Source of the DNA: an uncultured Calditrichaceae bacterium
GTDB taxonomy: Bacteria > Zhuqueibacterota > Zhuqueibacteria > Oceanimicrobiales > Oceanimicrobiaceae
Direction of reading: 5' to 3'
DNA length: 64,000 nucleotides
NCBI GenBank assembly: GCA_964455375.1
Contig: CAYVXE010000002.1
Location: 7,753 to 71,752, forward strand
Below the pieces are notes generated by a model, which saw only the letters and a list, made by a program, of their open reading frames with translations, made no database searches and was not told the DNA's origin. Both the position numbers and the translations under genes were made by a program. Position 1 is the first letter of the stretch. Each line of letters begins with the position of its first letter. Below, in pieces: positions 63,816 through 64,000 of the stretch.

Positions 63816-64000
63816 ATGAATGGCTTGAAAGTACTGATTGCCGGTACAAGTAGTTCCTATTTAGAAATCTCAAAAAAATTACTAAAATTTCATTACGATA
63901 ATTGTGAGGTGGAATTTGCACATTCCGGACATGACTGTGTGGAGAAAGTGTCCAGAAAACCGTATGATATTATTCTGTTTGATAATGATCTCGATGACAA
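63816..64000 (+). CDS. Response-regulator receiver domain protein (3' end beyond window)
   Basis: ATG at 63816 after AGAGG. MNGLKVLIAGTSSSYLEISKKLL...PYDIILFDNDLDD has a receiver-like beta-alpha pattern and a candidate phospho-Asp in ILFD. The usual N-terminal acidic pair is replaced by GT. Confidence 0.45.
   Translation, partial: MNGLKVLIAGTSSSYLEISKKLLKFHYDNCEVEFAHSGHDCVEKVSRKPYDIILFDNDLDD

Noticed and set aside
1-64000. Looked for a defence island, prophage, integrative element, CRISPR array, tRNA or rRNA.
   Set aside because: I recognised no integrase, transposase, recombinase, phage structural gene, restriction-modification gene or Cas-like gene. There are no spaced direct-repeat arrays and no tRNA-like cloverleaf candidates in any intergenic gap. 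By content the window is housekeeping core genome.

Overview
This is a gene-dense, moderately AT-rich chromosomal segment with about 57 CDS. It looks like core genome of a Gram-negative bacterium of the FCB type. That assignment rests on three proteins ending in T9SS/Por-type C-terminal sorting domains, and the exact taxon cannot be named without a database search. In order, the window holds a T9SS propeller protein (5' truncated), recN, a YbgF/CpoB-like TPR protein, dnaE, a Yip1-like membrane protein and an OM beta-barrel protein. Next comes a Complex I cluster with only the membrane-arm genes nuoA-H-J-K-L-M-N, then an M14 carboxypeptidase. A minus-strand operon follows (DUF2905, NfeD, stomatin/SPFH, RNase H-like/TPR), then a stand-alone structured sRNA (6S-like) with its own promoter and terminator, then comM. 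After that come the prkA, DUF444 and spoVR triad, a GHL10-like protein, an HExxH protein, a DCC oxidoreductase and an ADP-forming acyl-CoA synthetase. An orphan STAS protein precedes two paralogous T9SS cargo genes whose 3' ends are almost identical, followed by radC, an OPT transporter and mutL. A 15-gene aromatic amino acid supraoperon follows (trpEGDCFBA, chorismate mutase, DAHP synthase, tyrA, aroA, aroE, aroC, aroK, aroQ-GAF). The window ends with lon, a hypothetical protein, an OM-barrel/coiled-coil/TPR fusion and the start of a response regulator. The strongest new observation is a classical four-segment ribosome-mediated attenuator upstream of trpE. Its 35-codon leader peptide contains eight consecutive aromatic codons (NWYYWYWYF), and the 2:3 antiterminator, 3:4 terminator and 1:2 helices can be read directly from the sequence. 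I saw no transposase, integrase, CRISPR array, tRNA, rRNA or obvious defence island. Every functional call is motif-level recognition from the translated ORFs, and no searches were run.
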